Of a stretch of 64,000 bases of DNA, positions 63,777 through 64,000 are shown piece after piece. Each line of letters starts with the position of its first letter. Within the stretch, counting starts at the first letter, position 1. A program made the translations under genes and the position numbers. Below the pieces are notes generated by a model. It ran no database searches, was not told the DNA's origin, and saw only the letters and a program-made list of their open reading frames with translations. The stretch comes from Octopus vulgaris (lineage: Eukaryota). Location of the stretch: assembly GCA_951406725.2 (NCBI GenBank), contig OX597822.1, positions 89,776,001 to 89,840,000 of the forward strand, given 5' to 3'.

Positions 63777-64000
63777 GTGTATGTATACACACACACCTGT
63801 ATCTAATTTATATTTATTTTAACATACATAACAGACTTCTGCACACTTTCCATCTACCAAATCCCTTCACAAAGTATTGGTTAACCCAGGGCTAAAGCCA
63901 AAGACACCAAAGTTACTGAGCTATGGGATTGAACCTGAAACCACATGCCTGCACCTAAGTATAAAAAGATGAACTTCTTATCTGCTTCATGTTTTCAATT

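Overview
AT-rich, repeat-dense animal genomic DNA. The repeat families and (TA)n/(TACA)n microsatellites look like an octopus/cephalopod genome (inferred from recalled repeat families, not searched). The main host feature is essentially missed by the ORF track: a 9-exon minus-strand Mieap/SPATA18 (mitochondria-eating protein) gene from ATG 50234 to TAA 10645. All splice phases join into a 1116-nt CDS (371 aa). Intron 1 has a GC donor and the central coiled-coil/disordered region is much shortened. A probable terminal exon of a convergent + strand gene lies at about 5.06 kb, and a CpG-richer, probably divergent promoter at 50.2-50.9 kb. Nearly everything else is decayed mobile DNA: RTE, CR1, R4/Dong and Hero LINE pieces, a Penelope-like (GIY-YIG) element, a full-length Gypsy LTR element with TSD, two Chapaev3-type elements, Tc1/mariner/maT, piggyBac, hAT, a Helitron, MITEs and tRNA-derived SINEs. 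The most unusual structure is a recurring set of intronic fold-back insertions (inverted Penelope-LTR-like), several carrying hammerhead-ribozyme-like cores, including a ~1 kb near-perfect palindrome. No prokaryotic-type systems (CRISPR, operons) were seen.
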